Program-made: the position numbers and the translations under genes | Assembly: GCA_051599415.1 (NCBI GenBank) | Contig: AP039691.1 | Location: 1-64,000 of the forward strand | Direction of reading: 5' to 3' | Length of the DNA: 64,000 nt | DNA from: Savitreella phatthalungensis | Lineage: Eukaryota | Notes under the pieces: model-generated | Databases searched by the model: none | Told to the model about the DNA's origin: nothing | The model's input: the letters and a program-made list of their open reading frames with translations, nothing else | In this document: in pieces, positions 1 to 10,999 of the stretch | Numbering within the stretch: position 1 is the stretch's first letter | Layout of the letters: the number at the start of each line of letters is the position of its first letter

Positions 1-73
1 ATGTCCTGTTACTTCGTTCAGTTACGTATTGCTAAGGTTAAGACTACTTTCTGCCTTTGCGAGAACAGCACCT
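1..73 (+). other. Oxford Nanopore ligation adapter remnant plus native barcode (technical artefact)
   Basis: TACTTCGTTCAGTTACGTATTGCT (adapter, ends at 33), AAGGTTAA flank (34-41), GACTACTTTCTGCCTTTGCGAGAA (42-65, recalled as NB06), CAGCACCT flank (66-73). Confidence 0.95.
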
Positions 74-160
74 AACCCTAACCCTAACCCTAACCCTAAC
101 CCTAACCCTAACCCTAACCCTAACCCTAACCCTAACCCTAACCCTAACCCTAACCCTAAC
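71..160. repeat. Canonical telomere (CCCTAA)n / (TTAGGG)n, about 15 copies
   Basis: Perfect hexamer array, C-rich strand at the 5' end of the sequence. Confidence 0.97.
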
Positions 161-236
161 CCTGACCCTGACCCTGACCCTAACCCTGACCCTGACCCTG
201 ACCCTGACCCTGACCCTCACCCTCACCCTCACCCTG

Positions 237-310
<74 letters not shown>

Positions 311-314
311 CCTG

Positions 315-346
<32 letters not shown>

Positions 347-350
347 CCTG

Positions 351-394
<44 letters not shown>

Positions 395-540
395 CCTGAC
401 CCTCACCCTCACCCTGACCCTCACCCTGACCCTCACCCTCACACTCACCCTCACCCTCACACTCACACTCACCCTCACCCTCACACTCACCCTCACCCTC
501 ACACTCACCCTCACCCTCACACTCACCCTGGCCCTGACCT
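160..540. repeat. Telomere variant repeats (CCCTGA, CCCTCA, CACTCA)
   Basis: Hexamer array continues in phase with single-base variants. Confidence 0.93.
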
Positions 541-853
541 CTGCTTTGCTTGCCCCCTCGCCCGCTCGCTTGCTTGCTAACCTTGTTTCTCTGCTCACGC
601 CTGCTGCCTTGCTACACTACACTTGTTTGCACACATACGTTCCTGCTGGTCTTCAACATCATCATCATCTTGCTGTCTCCTTGCTGCTCCTCTCTGCTGC
701 TCCTCTCTCTGCTGTACTCCTGCCTCCAATCCCTCATCCATCTGACACTCTTCCTCCCCTTTACCTGAAACATCCCATGCCATTTGCCATGCCATTTGCT
801 CCCAACATTCCTACTGCTAACCGCTTTGCCATCTGTTTCATCTTCAACTGCAC

Positions 854-965
854 TGTCACCTGCCACACGCTGTTACCTGCATGTCACCTGCCACACGCTG
901 TTGCCTGCATGTCACCTGTCACATGCTGTTACTTGCATGTCGCTTGTCAAATGATGTTACGTGCC
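854..965. repeat. Degenerate 28-bp tandem repeat, about 4 copies, in the subtelomere
   Basis: Unit TGTCACCTGCCACACGCTGTTACCTGCA at 854, 882, 910 and 938; differences are mostly transitions. Confidence 0.8.
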
Positions 966-2076
966 CTGCCACCTGTCAAACATCTCTACCTGCAACACAT
1001 CTGTCAACCGCCTTTACCTGCAAAACATCTGTCAAATGCCATTACCTGCACCATCATCTGGCAAATGCTGTTGCCTGCACCGTCACCTGACCCACTGCCC
1101 CGCTCTGTGACCCAACATTTGTCAAACCCTTGATCTGCCAATTGCTGTTCACCTGTCATCTCCTGTTTTCTGTTTCTGTCACTCACTGTTGCCTGGACTG
1201 TACCCTGTTTCATCACTTCACTGCCATCTGTCAAATGCTGTCATCTGTTAAACACTGCAACATCACTTGATATATATCATTCCTGCACTGTCACTTGTTG
1301 TTTGAACACCTGGCCCCTGCCACTGACTCTGACTCTGCTTGTCATGACACACCACTCGCTTGGCTCTGACCCTACTCTGTTGCCTGCATTCTCATTCCTT
1401 TGACTGCAATTGGCACTGGCGCCTGTTGTGCAACATCAATTGACTGCAACTGACTCCAATGTCACATGGCATGCATTATTTCCTCCACTGTTGCTTGTCA
1501 AACTCACGCTTGCCATTCTCTTTCCCCTGATCCATTTGGCATATCTATCTTCTTGAAACACCCCGTGGCATTTCACCCTCCGTTTCTACTATTAACCGCC
1601 CTCTCATCTGTTTCATCTACAACTGCACTGTCACTTGCCGATTGCCGTTAACTACCCTGTCTCTTCCAGACGCACAAATACAGTATCTTGCCATCCACTG
1701 TTTAGTACACTATTGCTTTTCGTAGCCGTTACCTCTGTTGTGCCATACCCAGGTCGAGACAACTGGTTCATGCTTACAGGCATGTTCAGTCAAGTACCCA
1801 TAATCATGTCTCGACACATCATCAAGAACGTTGACCTTTCTCTCTGCCGTCTTGCCACCTTTCTTGCGGACGTCCCCCGTTTATCACCAGCTGCTTGCCT
1901 AACCGCTTCCGCATTCACCTCGTTCCACTCGACCTCCTCCTTACCAGATGTTCTTCACGGCAATGACTCGATGCCTTGTTTCAAATGCTGGGTAAACTCT
2001 CGAATGACTCGAATAATCTTAATGTGTAATGAATGTGTTAGAAAAAGAATGTCGAAAGGGCTAAATACTTGTTTGT

Positions 2077-3882
2077 CTAAAAGTGAGGTGCGTTGAGGAT
2101 GATGCCCATCAGGAGTCCGGCTAGAGTTCCTGCCACAGGGATGGTGAAGATCCATGCGGAGACGAGCAGGGCGAAACGCTGCCAGTTGACAGCCCTAAGG
2201 CGACCGTTGCAAAGGCCGACGCCGAGTGTAGCGCCAGTGATGCACATGGACGTTGAGACTGGCAGTGCGTACTGCGAGAAGACGAGAACGGTAATGGCAG
2301 CTCCGAGTTCCATCGAGGATCCACGGGATGGTGAGTGGTAGGTCAGCTTGTTGCCCATGACGGACATGATGCGGTAACCGTAGAGAACAAAACCGAGGAT
2401 CATTGCGAGGGCCACAACTGCAATCTGCCAGAGGTCAACTGCGGCCTTGGATGCAGACGGCTTGCCGGTGTGCCATGCCTTGTAAATCACAGCCCAGGGA
2501 CCGACAGCGTTGGACACATCGTTGGCTCCGTGAGCGAAGGAAGCAGTGCAGGCTGTGATGATCTGGACGAAGGCGTATGAATGCTCGACCTCGTTCGGGT
2601 ACTTGTCTGCAGCGGCATAAACGCGAGCCATGCGGTCTCCATCAGGTGTGCCGTGAACACCAGCTTGTGCGGCATGGATGTCGAAGTGCATGCCGTAAAG
2701 AGCGCCGACAATGGCCATAGCAGGTAGGCGCTTGACGAAGGTGATCAGATTCTTGCGCTCGAAAATGGTGCCGGCGCCCATTGGGTTGTTGTGAAGGTGA
2801 CGCATGGCCCATCCGAGAGGTCCGCGCATCTTGCGCATCTTTGCGTGCATGCGTTCGAGGCCCTGAGCAACAAGCTCCTTGTGAGAGACCTGGCGAACCT
2901 CGTTTTCGACTGCACGCTGCTCGGTAGAGATGCCGGCATTCTTCTCGAGTGATCCATCCAAAGATTCGGCCTTGTTGTGAAAGGTGGAAGAGGTCTCGGT
3001 CTTGTCATCATCCTGAACGACTGCATAGTTGGGCACGTCGGCCTGCTCATTCGTGCTGTCGGCGGGTGCAGGGCGGGTGAAGAGAATCGGACCGAGGAAG
3101 AGGTGGTACCAGCGCACGGTGTGGTCCTTCTTGATCACCTTGGCGTGGACGTACGGAACGAAGAAGAGCGCGGCGAGAAGAGCCAGGAGGCCACCGGTTC
3201 CGAGCGAGACCCCAATGATGAAAGAGTGAGGCTTCTTGTTAAGGCCGAGCTTGGGAGATCCCTTGTAGACGATCGACAGGGCGCAGATGGTACCGGCGAT
3301 GAGGAAGAAGAAAGGGGAGGTGTAGACGGCCCAAGCAGCCGGGTTGCGGCGAAGCAGAACTGTGGTCTTGATGAGCATGAAGATGATGGCACCAAATCCG
3401 GCGGCGGCAGTTGGCGCCATGAACAATCCTGCGAAGATTGCGCCAAGTCCCTTACCGTTGTTCCAGCCCCACTGGACCTTCGAAGCACCGGCGGTTGCGA
3501 CACCGACACCAGCAACGGCGGAGATAATGGAGTAGGTAGAGGAGACGTGAGCGTTGTGCCGTGTGCACCAGAAGACCCAGAGTGATGCGGCGGCGAGAGC
3601 GCAGGTGAATGCGAGCATCTGAACGCCTGCGTTATTTTTGAACGCCGTGTAAGGGATAATACCGTTCTTGATGGTGTCAGCGGTTCGTGCGCCCACAAGG
3701 ACTGCTCCGAGCAGCTCGAAGACCGTGCCGAGCATCATGGCCTGTCGGTACGTGACCGATCGAGACGAGACGGAGGTCGCCCATGAGTTGGCAATATCCT
3801 GCGATCCGATGTTGAAGGCATCGAACAATGCGAAGAAGGTGCCAATGGCGAAGACGTAATTGTACTGGCTAAGGGCTGCCAT
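2077..3882 (-). CDS. PHO89: PiT-family sodium/phosphate symporter
   Basis: PiT signatures AFNIGSQDIANSWATSV and SFAHGANDVSNAVGP; many TM segments; likely ATG at 3882 (MAALSQ). Confidence 0.92.
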   Translation of the reverse strand: MAALSQYNYVFAIGTFFALFDAFNIGSQDIANSWATSVSSRSVTYRQAMMLGTVFELLGAVLVGARTADTIKNGIIPYTAFKNNAGVQMLAFTCALAAASLWVFWCTRHNAHVSSTYSIISAVAGVGVATAGASKVQWGWNNGKGLGAIFAGLFMAPTAAAGFGAIIFMLIKTTVLLRRNPAAWAVYTSPFFFLIAGTICALSIVYKGSPKLGLNKKPHSFIIGVSLGTGGLLALLAALFFVPYVHAKVIKKDHTVRWYHLFLGPILFTRPAPADSTNEQADVPNYAVVQDDDKTETSSTFHNKAESLDGSLEKNAGISTEQRAVENEVRQVSHKELVAQGLERMHAKMRKMRGPLGWAMRHLHNNPMGAGTIFERKNLITFVKRLPAMAIVGALYGMHFDIHAAQAGVHGTPDGDRMARVYAAADKYPNEVEHSYAFVQIITACTASFAHGANDVSNAVGPWAVIYKAWHTGKPSASKAAVDLWQIAVVALAMILGFVLYGYRIMSVMGNKLTYHSPSRGSSMELGAAITVLVFSQYALPVSTSMCITGATLGVGLCNGRLRAVNWQRFALLVSAWIFTIPVAGTLAGLLMGIILNAPHF

Positions 3883-5554
3883 GTTGACCACTGTTCCTGA
3901 TGGCCTGACGGACGGTTGTGTGTTGCACAATGTGGTATCCAGGTAGCAGGTCGATGACTTTTATACGTCTTGAGCAAGGAGTTTCTTCTGGCCAGCACAT
4001 GCCGAAACGTCGCACGACGATAGGACGCTGCCCATCTCGCTGGCTTTCGTGGCCATCAAGGGCCACGGCAATCTGGATGCCAACATCCCCAGCGAGAAGG
4101 ATGCAGGAGGGGATTTATTCACTCTGTCCGATTGACAAGCTGTAGGGGAACGTCGGCAAACCGAGCCTTCGGCGGTCGCGCACATGAGTCAAACGCGAGC
4201 TTTTGACTCGACGACAGCAACCATCCGCAGCAATTCAGAGGCGGGAATACTTTTTGCTAAGCCCCACAATGTTGTTGCTTCGTCGTGTGAGCGTGATTTT
4301 TTAGGTGCTGCTGGTCAAAACGACTCCGAATACTTTCAGCAAATGAGCCAATCAGTGAAGCCAATCGAGGCACGTTGATCCTCAAAAAACTTTGGTCCCG
4401 CCGCGGATCGCTCAAATAAGCTTTTTTAAGCTCGGCCGGCGTGACCTGTCAAAGAGAGATCCATGCGAAAATCACGGAGGAATTCGGTCTAGCCAATTGA
4501 CAGGCAGAGAGCCGGCACTCCGGCTCAAAATCAATTGTCCCAGCTCAGGCACACTGGTCTTCAAAGAGTGTTTTAGTTGCCACAGCATTTCCCAACAGTC
4601 CGTACTGAATCACGGAAGCAGACGTGGAATACGATCAACTTTGATGGTTTGCCGTCCGATCTGGGCCATACATAATATGTTCTGGTTATCCTGTACCGTG
4701 ATGGACTTCGTGCCTCTGTCGTCTTGACGCCGCAAGGGTATCCATGGCCTGGAAGACGTGCCGTTCGGCTATGCTGGTCGTCGTCACATTGAGTCCTCAG
4801 CGCTGTGAAATCGCCTACTCGCTTTGTTAGCATCAGCCACCATACCATCAACACAACTTGGTCGCAATGGTACCAAAATCTCAAGCGTGTCTCGAACATG
4901 CTTTACAAGAAATCGCTTGACCATCGCAGGTGCGCTCACGCTTCTCAAGCCCGAAGGCGAGCTCGAAGGCTGGGCTTTAGGTTTTTCTTACCGTGTTCAG
5001 CTTGAGCGAGTACTCCCTCGGCGTGCCAAGTTCTACGAGAGTGGCCGCCATGAAGGAAATTCGCAACCTTCTTCGAGTGAATGAATCATCATGACAATGG
5101 AGAATTTTGTTGTATTAAGATCCATATTGGGTACGCCCAAAGAGACTCAGGACAGCGAGGTCATGAGCCAAGGGAGCCAAGCAATTGATCGCTCTAAGAC
5201 TCGCATCCGTGGTCGCTCTGAGTGTCAACCTTGCCCGTCCGCGATCGCTTGTGTATGACCGCTTACGCTTTGCTGCCTCTTCATGCCCTTATGTTTTGAT
5301 CCGAGTGTTCCGCTTTGAAAATGAATGCTAAGCTCATCATTTCTCCGAGCTACGATGTTGTCAGGCGTCGCTGCTGTCCACGCACGGCTTGCAAGGGTCA
5401 TCCGACTCAATTAAACCACGTGTAAGGAAATGCGGTCCGCAGAGCCTGATTTCCACGGTATCACGGACATCAAAGGCAACCCACAACGAGTCAATGCCGG
5501 CTGGAAGCAGGAGCTTCTGTCTATCGCCACCGGTCTCGGTGCTCTGGCCGTCCC

Positions 5555-6520
5555 TATACAATTGTATGTGGCCCTTATCACTTCAACAATCATTCGAAAT
5601 AATATCCAGGTGAACTAAGGATTTTTTTTTGTCTATTTCGAATTGGCCTGCAAACGAAGGACGATCGATTACTGTGCTTCGCGGGAAGGACGTTCTTGTC
5701 ACAACCAGTTCAGTCATCCGGGCTGCTTGCATACAATTGTACACAATGCTGTCACTTCCGCAATCACTCAGGACTACATTTGACAAGATTAAAGAACTGT
5801 ATGGAGCTGTCAGATCGTATGGTCCGGTGCTAGGTCCGAATATTGGTGATAGATGGAGTCCATATACAGCAGGATGCGTCCTCTCATGCTCAGATTCTGT
5901 CATGTAACCTGCCACGTCAGCAGAGCCGAGACATGTGTGAGATAGGATTGGCACTGATCAGGGCCACTGGGTTGGCCGGAGCCCATGTGGTCCCTCTGTG
6001 TCTTGTGCCGGCTCAACTCCTCCGTACTGATTGGATACAGGCGTACACGACGCTGTCACTTCCGCAATCACTCGGTCTATCGATCTGTGTATGATAAAAT
6101 CGTAGCCCTGTGTGGATTTGTCAAATAGGAATGTTGTTTGCTAGATCCTGGTATTGGTGATGTCTTGCCTGCTGTCCATGTACAACGTGCTGCATTCTCT
6201 TGTGATGCCTAGGCCCAGGACTGTAGCCCTCCATGACAGCAGATGCCAGGTATATATCAGCTAAAGTATCTGTATTTGTCGCGACCACTCTGTGGCCCGG
6301 GTCGATCGTATACGGTTTGTATACAACGCCGTCACTTCCGCAATCACTTGGTCAACATATGAAAAGATAGTAGCCCCGTAAGGAGCTCTCAAGTAGTATT
6401 GTTCTGTGCTAGGTCCTGGTAATGGTATTATCTGGCATGCCGTCTCTGTGCAGCGTGTTGCGTTCTCTTGTACACCCCTGTAAACCTGCCATGTCAGCAG
6501 ATTTGTGCTATGTATCAATT
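5555..6520. repeat. Degenerate direct repeats of about 280-300 bp (3 clear copies, 1 weak)
   Basis: Exact 18-mer GTCACTTCCGCAATCACT at 5751, 6055 and 6331 with similar flanks; weaker copy near 5578. Confidence 0.8.
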
Positions 6521-7046
6521 ATAGCATGGTCGGTGTCACTGCCTAGACCGTCTTTTGTAGTCCCTCCGTGTCTGTTTGTGCTTGTTCGTGTTTCTCCGTG
6601 GTCTTCGGTGAACTTCGTCTGTGTCGCTTTGTCCGTCGCCCTCGGATCCCACCGCCGTCCTCCGCGACGAAGATCCGCCGTTCTAAGGTATTCGGGCGGA
6701 ACATCACTGCAGAAGTTTCGAATTGAAGACCGTGCTAAAGGAAAGCATCCAACATATCCGCGTCTGATCGATATCGAGCAGACTAAGAGACTGTAATTGC
6801 AGGCCGATCGCAACATTCCGAAAGCCGCAGACTTATCCGAGGCTGACAACATCCTTTGACTCGACATTTTGAACTAAATGACGCAAATGTTGTTGTATAT
6901 CTTCATGGTGCTTTTCAGGGTATCGCCTTCCGACACTTATTGAATCGGCTCAGACCCGCCTGTCTCATCGCTTCGTTGCTCGATGGGCTGCTTTCCAGAG
7001 GTGTAAAAGTGGCTAACCAGCATGAAGCGAGAATTCGGAGAAACAT
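5583..7046 (-). pseudogene. Possible decayed secreted, repeat-containing protein gene
   Basis: ATG at 7046 gives a signal-peptide-like MFLRILASCWLATFT; Cys-containing segment follows; recurring SDCGSDxxVY and GPST motifs in shifting frames with stops. Confidence 0.3.
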
Positions 7047-8532
7047 GACGGAATTATATCGAAAATTCGACGAATTGACAATTTACATGCTTGTACAACC
7101 GACTGTGATGCTGTTATTGTCAAAAGCGACAAAAAATGGCGGACAGAGTGGACTGCATGAGAGTCAATAGGTTGAAAATCGTGTTCATCTTTCCTCTTCT
7201 TCAAAATGATCTGCTACATGCGTACATTGTGGACTTGCAAAGACTTCTTGACAGATACACCATTCTGAACTGACAATGACCATCTTTTCCTGTACAGGCT
7301 TCTTGTCGCATTCGTGGATCGTTCATATCAGATTTCACTAGACTTGACTAACCTCGTAGGTCAAGTACACATATTGCACGAAGGAATCCCTATTCCCGGT
7401 CATTCTGCTCAGTGTAGATGAAGTTCTTCGAAAGGTACCAGTGGTTTCACAGGGTGCCCCGAGACCGTCTACATGTTATGCATGGACATGAGATTTGGTG
7501 TATTATTCAGGTTCGCTGTACCAATATCTTTCAGATACGGTGCAGTCTTGCTCGATTGGATACATGCTTTATGTTCTATTGAGAATTCTAATTAGCAAAC
7601 CTGGAGTGAGCAGTTGGGAAGCGTGTCATGTTCTTGCCACCAGACTGTGTCAAGTCTCCTTTTGCATCGGATTTTGGGCACGCTATAACTTATCACCAAG
7701 ACGAAGACGTAGCACAGAACTATTTTATTTGACAGCACCACACGGGTCCACAGTCTCGTCACCCGCAGACCGAGTCATTGTGGAAAAAACGGCATCTCGT
7801 TCGAGTGTTTACATTCAGCCCGGACGACTTAGCGGTCGCCACAACGCAGATATCCGAAGGCTGTACTATGTCAAAGGCACATGGACGATGGGTGCATGTG
7901 TACAAAGGAAGATGTCATGTTCCTGATTGACTGATATTGGCACAGTGCAAGCGCTGTCTTCGACGTCTGTACATGTGGCAAAAGTGGAACGGAACACCTT
8001 GTAGCGCTCAGGGATGGCTTTTTGCGCACAAATCTCGGATGAGAATGATTTTCATGTATCCTGTACACGCTGATAAGATTTTCAGGTCTAGGTATTATAC
8101 TGAGCAAACTGTAATTGTCTATCCAAAAATTTGATTGTCTCAAACATTATGCACCAAATCACTGAGCCCTATGAAATTGATAAGCATCGAACAGCCAAGT
8201 ACAATAGTCTAGACAAGCAACCTGGTCAGGGTGCAGGAATTCCTGTTATCACTCACATGCATGATTGCTGTGTTTCAAAGACTACGCTTTTCGTCTGGTT
8301 CCCCTGAGGGCGCGGTGTTGGCAAGCATGATATTTGAAAATCGCCACAAATCGAGGAATCACGGCATCGGCATCTGTCCATCGCAAGGAAAATCGCTCAC
8401 ATCCGGGGACTCGCTGCTGCTCGGCGTGACGCTCATCTTCGGCCGAAGGACACATTCGACCAGGACAGGTGATTCCGAGAAGCCTTTGCTAGGTCTTCGA
8501 TTCATATTCATTTCTTCGTAATTCTTCATTGA

Positions 8533-9765
8533 TCAAGGGCCTCCGTACGATTGACGCACTGCTTCCTCGTCCATGAAAGGTGCGAACCCGGTGACCTGAG
8601 CCTTTCGGGACAGCAATCGGCGTACCTCTCCGATCGGCAAAACCTCCAGCTCAGCGAAAGTCTTGTCAGTGAGTCCGGCGAGCGGACGATTGGAGCGATT
8701 CCGCACAGCCCACTCTTGAGCATCTGGAGGCGGGATACTGGTAAGAATGTCGAGCTCACTCCGAATCACGTCGCAGTACCGTTCGAGGTCGAGGTCATTC
8801 GCGTCCTGACCGAAGGGATCCTCAATTTCAGTGCCGATGGCGAGGAGGGAGAAGAGAAATGCGCCTGCCACAACCGACAGTGGCACGCTCGCCCAAGACA
8901 AGACGCCACAAAGTTGGAAAGGGAGCGACAGGCAGAAGATCCAGACAATCTGAGACATAATGATGTTGTATGCGATTGGCGTTGGAGTCCGTCGAATGCG
9001 TTCACACGCGGAGACGACGTCGTTCATCGCATTCAGACAAAGAGTAAAGTTCTGCGGTATGAAGTTTGGCATGCCAGGGTTGTTTGACCGAGCAAATTCA
9101 CAGTAGCTCGCGAGGTGGAAGGCTGCCTCGACAGGGAGAAGATGAGCGCGCAATGTTGGGATGCATGCGTCGTCACTCGAATGATGCAGGAACCAAGTGA
9201 AGCGTAATTGGCCGGCTTCATCGACAGCGTTCGGTTGATATGTCGGCGCACGTCGAAGCCTGGATGGAGAGCTCTTAGGGCGGTTGTGGTTCAAATCTGG
9301 AGCAATGTCATTACGTTCGTCCCTCAGATGATTCTTCAGGGCCACGACAAACACAGCGATCAGATTGATTGCTGATTTCTTCATGAGCACGTCCCGCGAG
9401 GAGCCCTCCTTCTCCGGTAGACAAACCCATATCAGACGTGCCAGATTTCGAGAGGTACTTGTTAACCTGTCCCACAGTACGCGAGCTTCCCACCATCGCT
9501 GATAAGCAGTCGTCGTCCTGAAGCTGAGGCTTAGCGAGACGATGAACCCGAGAGTAGAAATCAAAATTGGAGAAATGCTGAGTTGAAACGGTATGGCTTC
9601 GACACGATCTAGCGCACAAATGAACAGTGCCCATACTGCGAGAGTGACGACCTGCCAGGCAATTGTAGGAAGCACAGAGCCGGCTATGCGCAGTGCGTAT
9701 GGCCGATACATTCTCACTTCGTGGTTCGCATGCGTAACCGAGAGGTACTCCAGCGTGATACGCAT
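8533..9765 (-). CDS. Bestrophin-like (UPF0187/YneE) anion channel
   Basis: LSFRTTTAYQRWWEAR, ERIRRTPTPIAY and EIEDPFGQDANDLDL motifs; start codon uncertain. Confidence 0.88.
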   Translation of the reverse strand: MRITLEYLSVTHANHEVRMYRPYALRIAGSVLPTIAWQVVTLAVWALFICALDRVEAIPFQLSISPILISTLGFIVSLSLSFRTTTAYQRWWEARVLWDRLTSTSRNLARLIWVCLPEKEGSSRDVLMKKSAINLIAVFVVALKNHLRDERNDIAPDLNHNRPKSSPSRLRRAPTYQPNAVDEAGQLRFTWFLHHSSDDACIPTLRAHLLPVEAAFHLASYCEFARSNNPGMPNFIPQNFTLCLNAMNDVVSACERIRRTPTPIAYNIIMSQIVWIFCLSLPFQLCGVLSWASVPLSVVAGAFLFSLLAIGTEIEDPFGQDANDLDLERYCDVIRSELDILTSIPPPDAQEWAVRNRSNRPLAGLTDKTFAELEVLPIGEVRRLLSRKAQVTGFAPFMDEEAVRQSYGGP

Positions 9766-9904
9766 TGACCACAACCTAAATGTAAGAGAGATTGATCTTG
9801 CAGATCAGTATTCACATAAATTTACGTCAAAAATAAGCACTCATTGTCATACGTACGTCAGAAAAAGAAGGAGAATTGGTACTTTGGCGCGTACGTCACT
9901 TACG

Positions 9905-10390
9905 ATGGCGCTCGTCTCGCTATTTGGCTATTCGATCGAGAGTAGCGTCATCCTATCTCTCATATTGATTGCAGTACTCGCAGTGGTGCAGCTTTCGTGG
10001 CCGCGGCTCTGTCACTGGCTGAAGCAGCGACCAGCGCCCAGGTCCATGCCAAAAATCCATACTTTTTCGTCCGACGAGAAGCCGGAAAGGAGGCAGCGTT
10101 TCAAAAAGAACAGAGACGATATTGCTAGCTGGCTGCAGAACGCCAAGAAGGAGGATAGAGTGACGATGGACGATGGCGAGGCGATCGATATCTCTGCGAT
10201 CGCGCACATCCGACAGCAGATGATCCATCGTGTGATGCTTACTGGAAATGTGGAAGACAATGACGAGAACGATGCTTCGTTCAAGCTCGACGTCATCAAC
10301 AGTATCCGTACGCTCAATGACAAGGATGTGGTATCCTGGTGGCGGGTCAACAGAGAGCTTCTCGTCACGGCTCCACAAAGAAGTACTTAA
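9905..10390 (+). CDS. Hypothetical protein with N-terminal TM anchor
   Basis: ATG at 9905; hydrophobic VILSLILIAVLAVVQL then a soluble domain; fits the gap between neighbouring genes. Confidence 0.6.
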   Translation: MALVSLFGYSIESSVILSLILIAVLAVVQLSWPRLCHWLKQRPAPRSMPKIHTFSSDEKPERRQRFKKNRDDIASWLQNAKKEDRVTMDDGEAIDISAIAHIRQQMIHRVMLTGNVEDNDENDASFKLDVINSIRTLNDKDVVSWWRVNRELLVTAPQRST

Positions 10391-10423
10391 AGCCAGCATA
10401 GACAGGTGACACGCAGAAAAAAC

Positions 10424-10999
10424 ATGACCGTAAGTGATAAACGATTACTTGTCCTGTGCGACGAGGCGGTGGATGCGCACGCACTTCTCAGACATGTCTT
10501 CGAAGCTTCCAGCTCTACAGGCGAGATTGTGAGGCACAAAATCCGCACTCGCTATTTTGAGGTCGACGTGGACTGCTGGGTCGAAACTTATGCGGCTGGT
10601 GATGAGACTACGGTAGTGGATGCATATCTTGCTGACGATGCCCGAGAAGCTCTCGCAGTGGTCGGCGCGATCCTCGTCGTCTATCAGACCAGGTCATGTC
10701 TCACTCTGAGCCGCATCGCGGCTCACGCACCCAGCGATATCCACGCCATGGCATATGGGCCTCGCGATGTCGACTGGAAAGACACACCTTTCGAATGGAT
10801 CGACGGAATTGAGGAGCTCCGGACCAGCATCCAGCTCATTCCGTGGATGCAGCACTTCAGCGAGAAGGAGATGGCGATTGATCTTGATGAATCCATCGCC
10901 GCGCTGCGTGCAATTAAGCACAATACCAACATGACCACAACGGAGCGGGAGCAGGCTGCGATGAATGAGCTGCGTAGACTGCTACCTGACACTACTTAG
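10424..10999 (+). CDS. Irc6/AAGAB (p34)-like adaptin-binding protein
   Basis: KIRTRYFEVDVDCWVE resembles the family IxTKYYxADVxxW motif; GIEELRTSIQLIPW; C-terminal EREQAA helix. Confidence 0.6.
   Translation: MTVSDKRLLVLCDEAVDAHALLRHVFEASSSTGEIVRHKIRTRYFEVDVDCWVETYAAGDETTVVDAYLADDAREALAVVGAILVVYQTRSCLTLSRIAAHAPSDIHAMAYGPRDVDWKDTPFEWIDGIEELRTSIQLIPWMQHFSEKEMAIDLDESIAALRAIKHNTNMTTTEREQAAMNELRRLLPDTT

Noticed and set aside
29..1133. Long ORFs (PN/PH, VR and LT repeats) at the window start
   Set aside because: They are translations of telomeric hexamers and low-complexity subtelomere; their starts lie in the adapter or are non-ATG
5751..6348. CRISPR-like reading of the recurring 18-mer
   Set aside because: Eukaryotic context, spacing of about 290 bp, intervening sequences homologous to each other, no cas genes
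7085..8200. Possible plus-strand spliced gene (CTGAC...CAG and CTAAC...TAG signals)
   Set aside because: I could not assemble a coherent reading frame or recognise a domain
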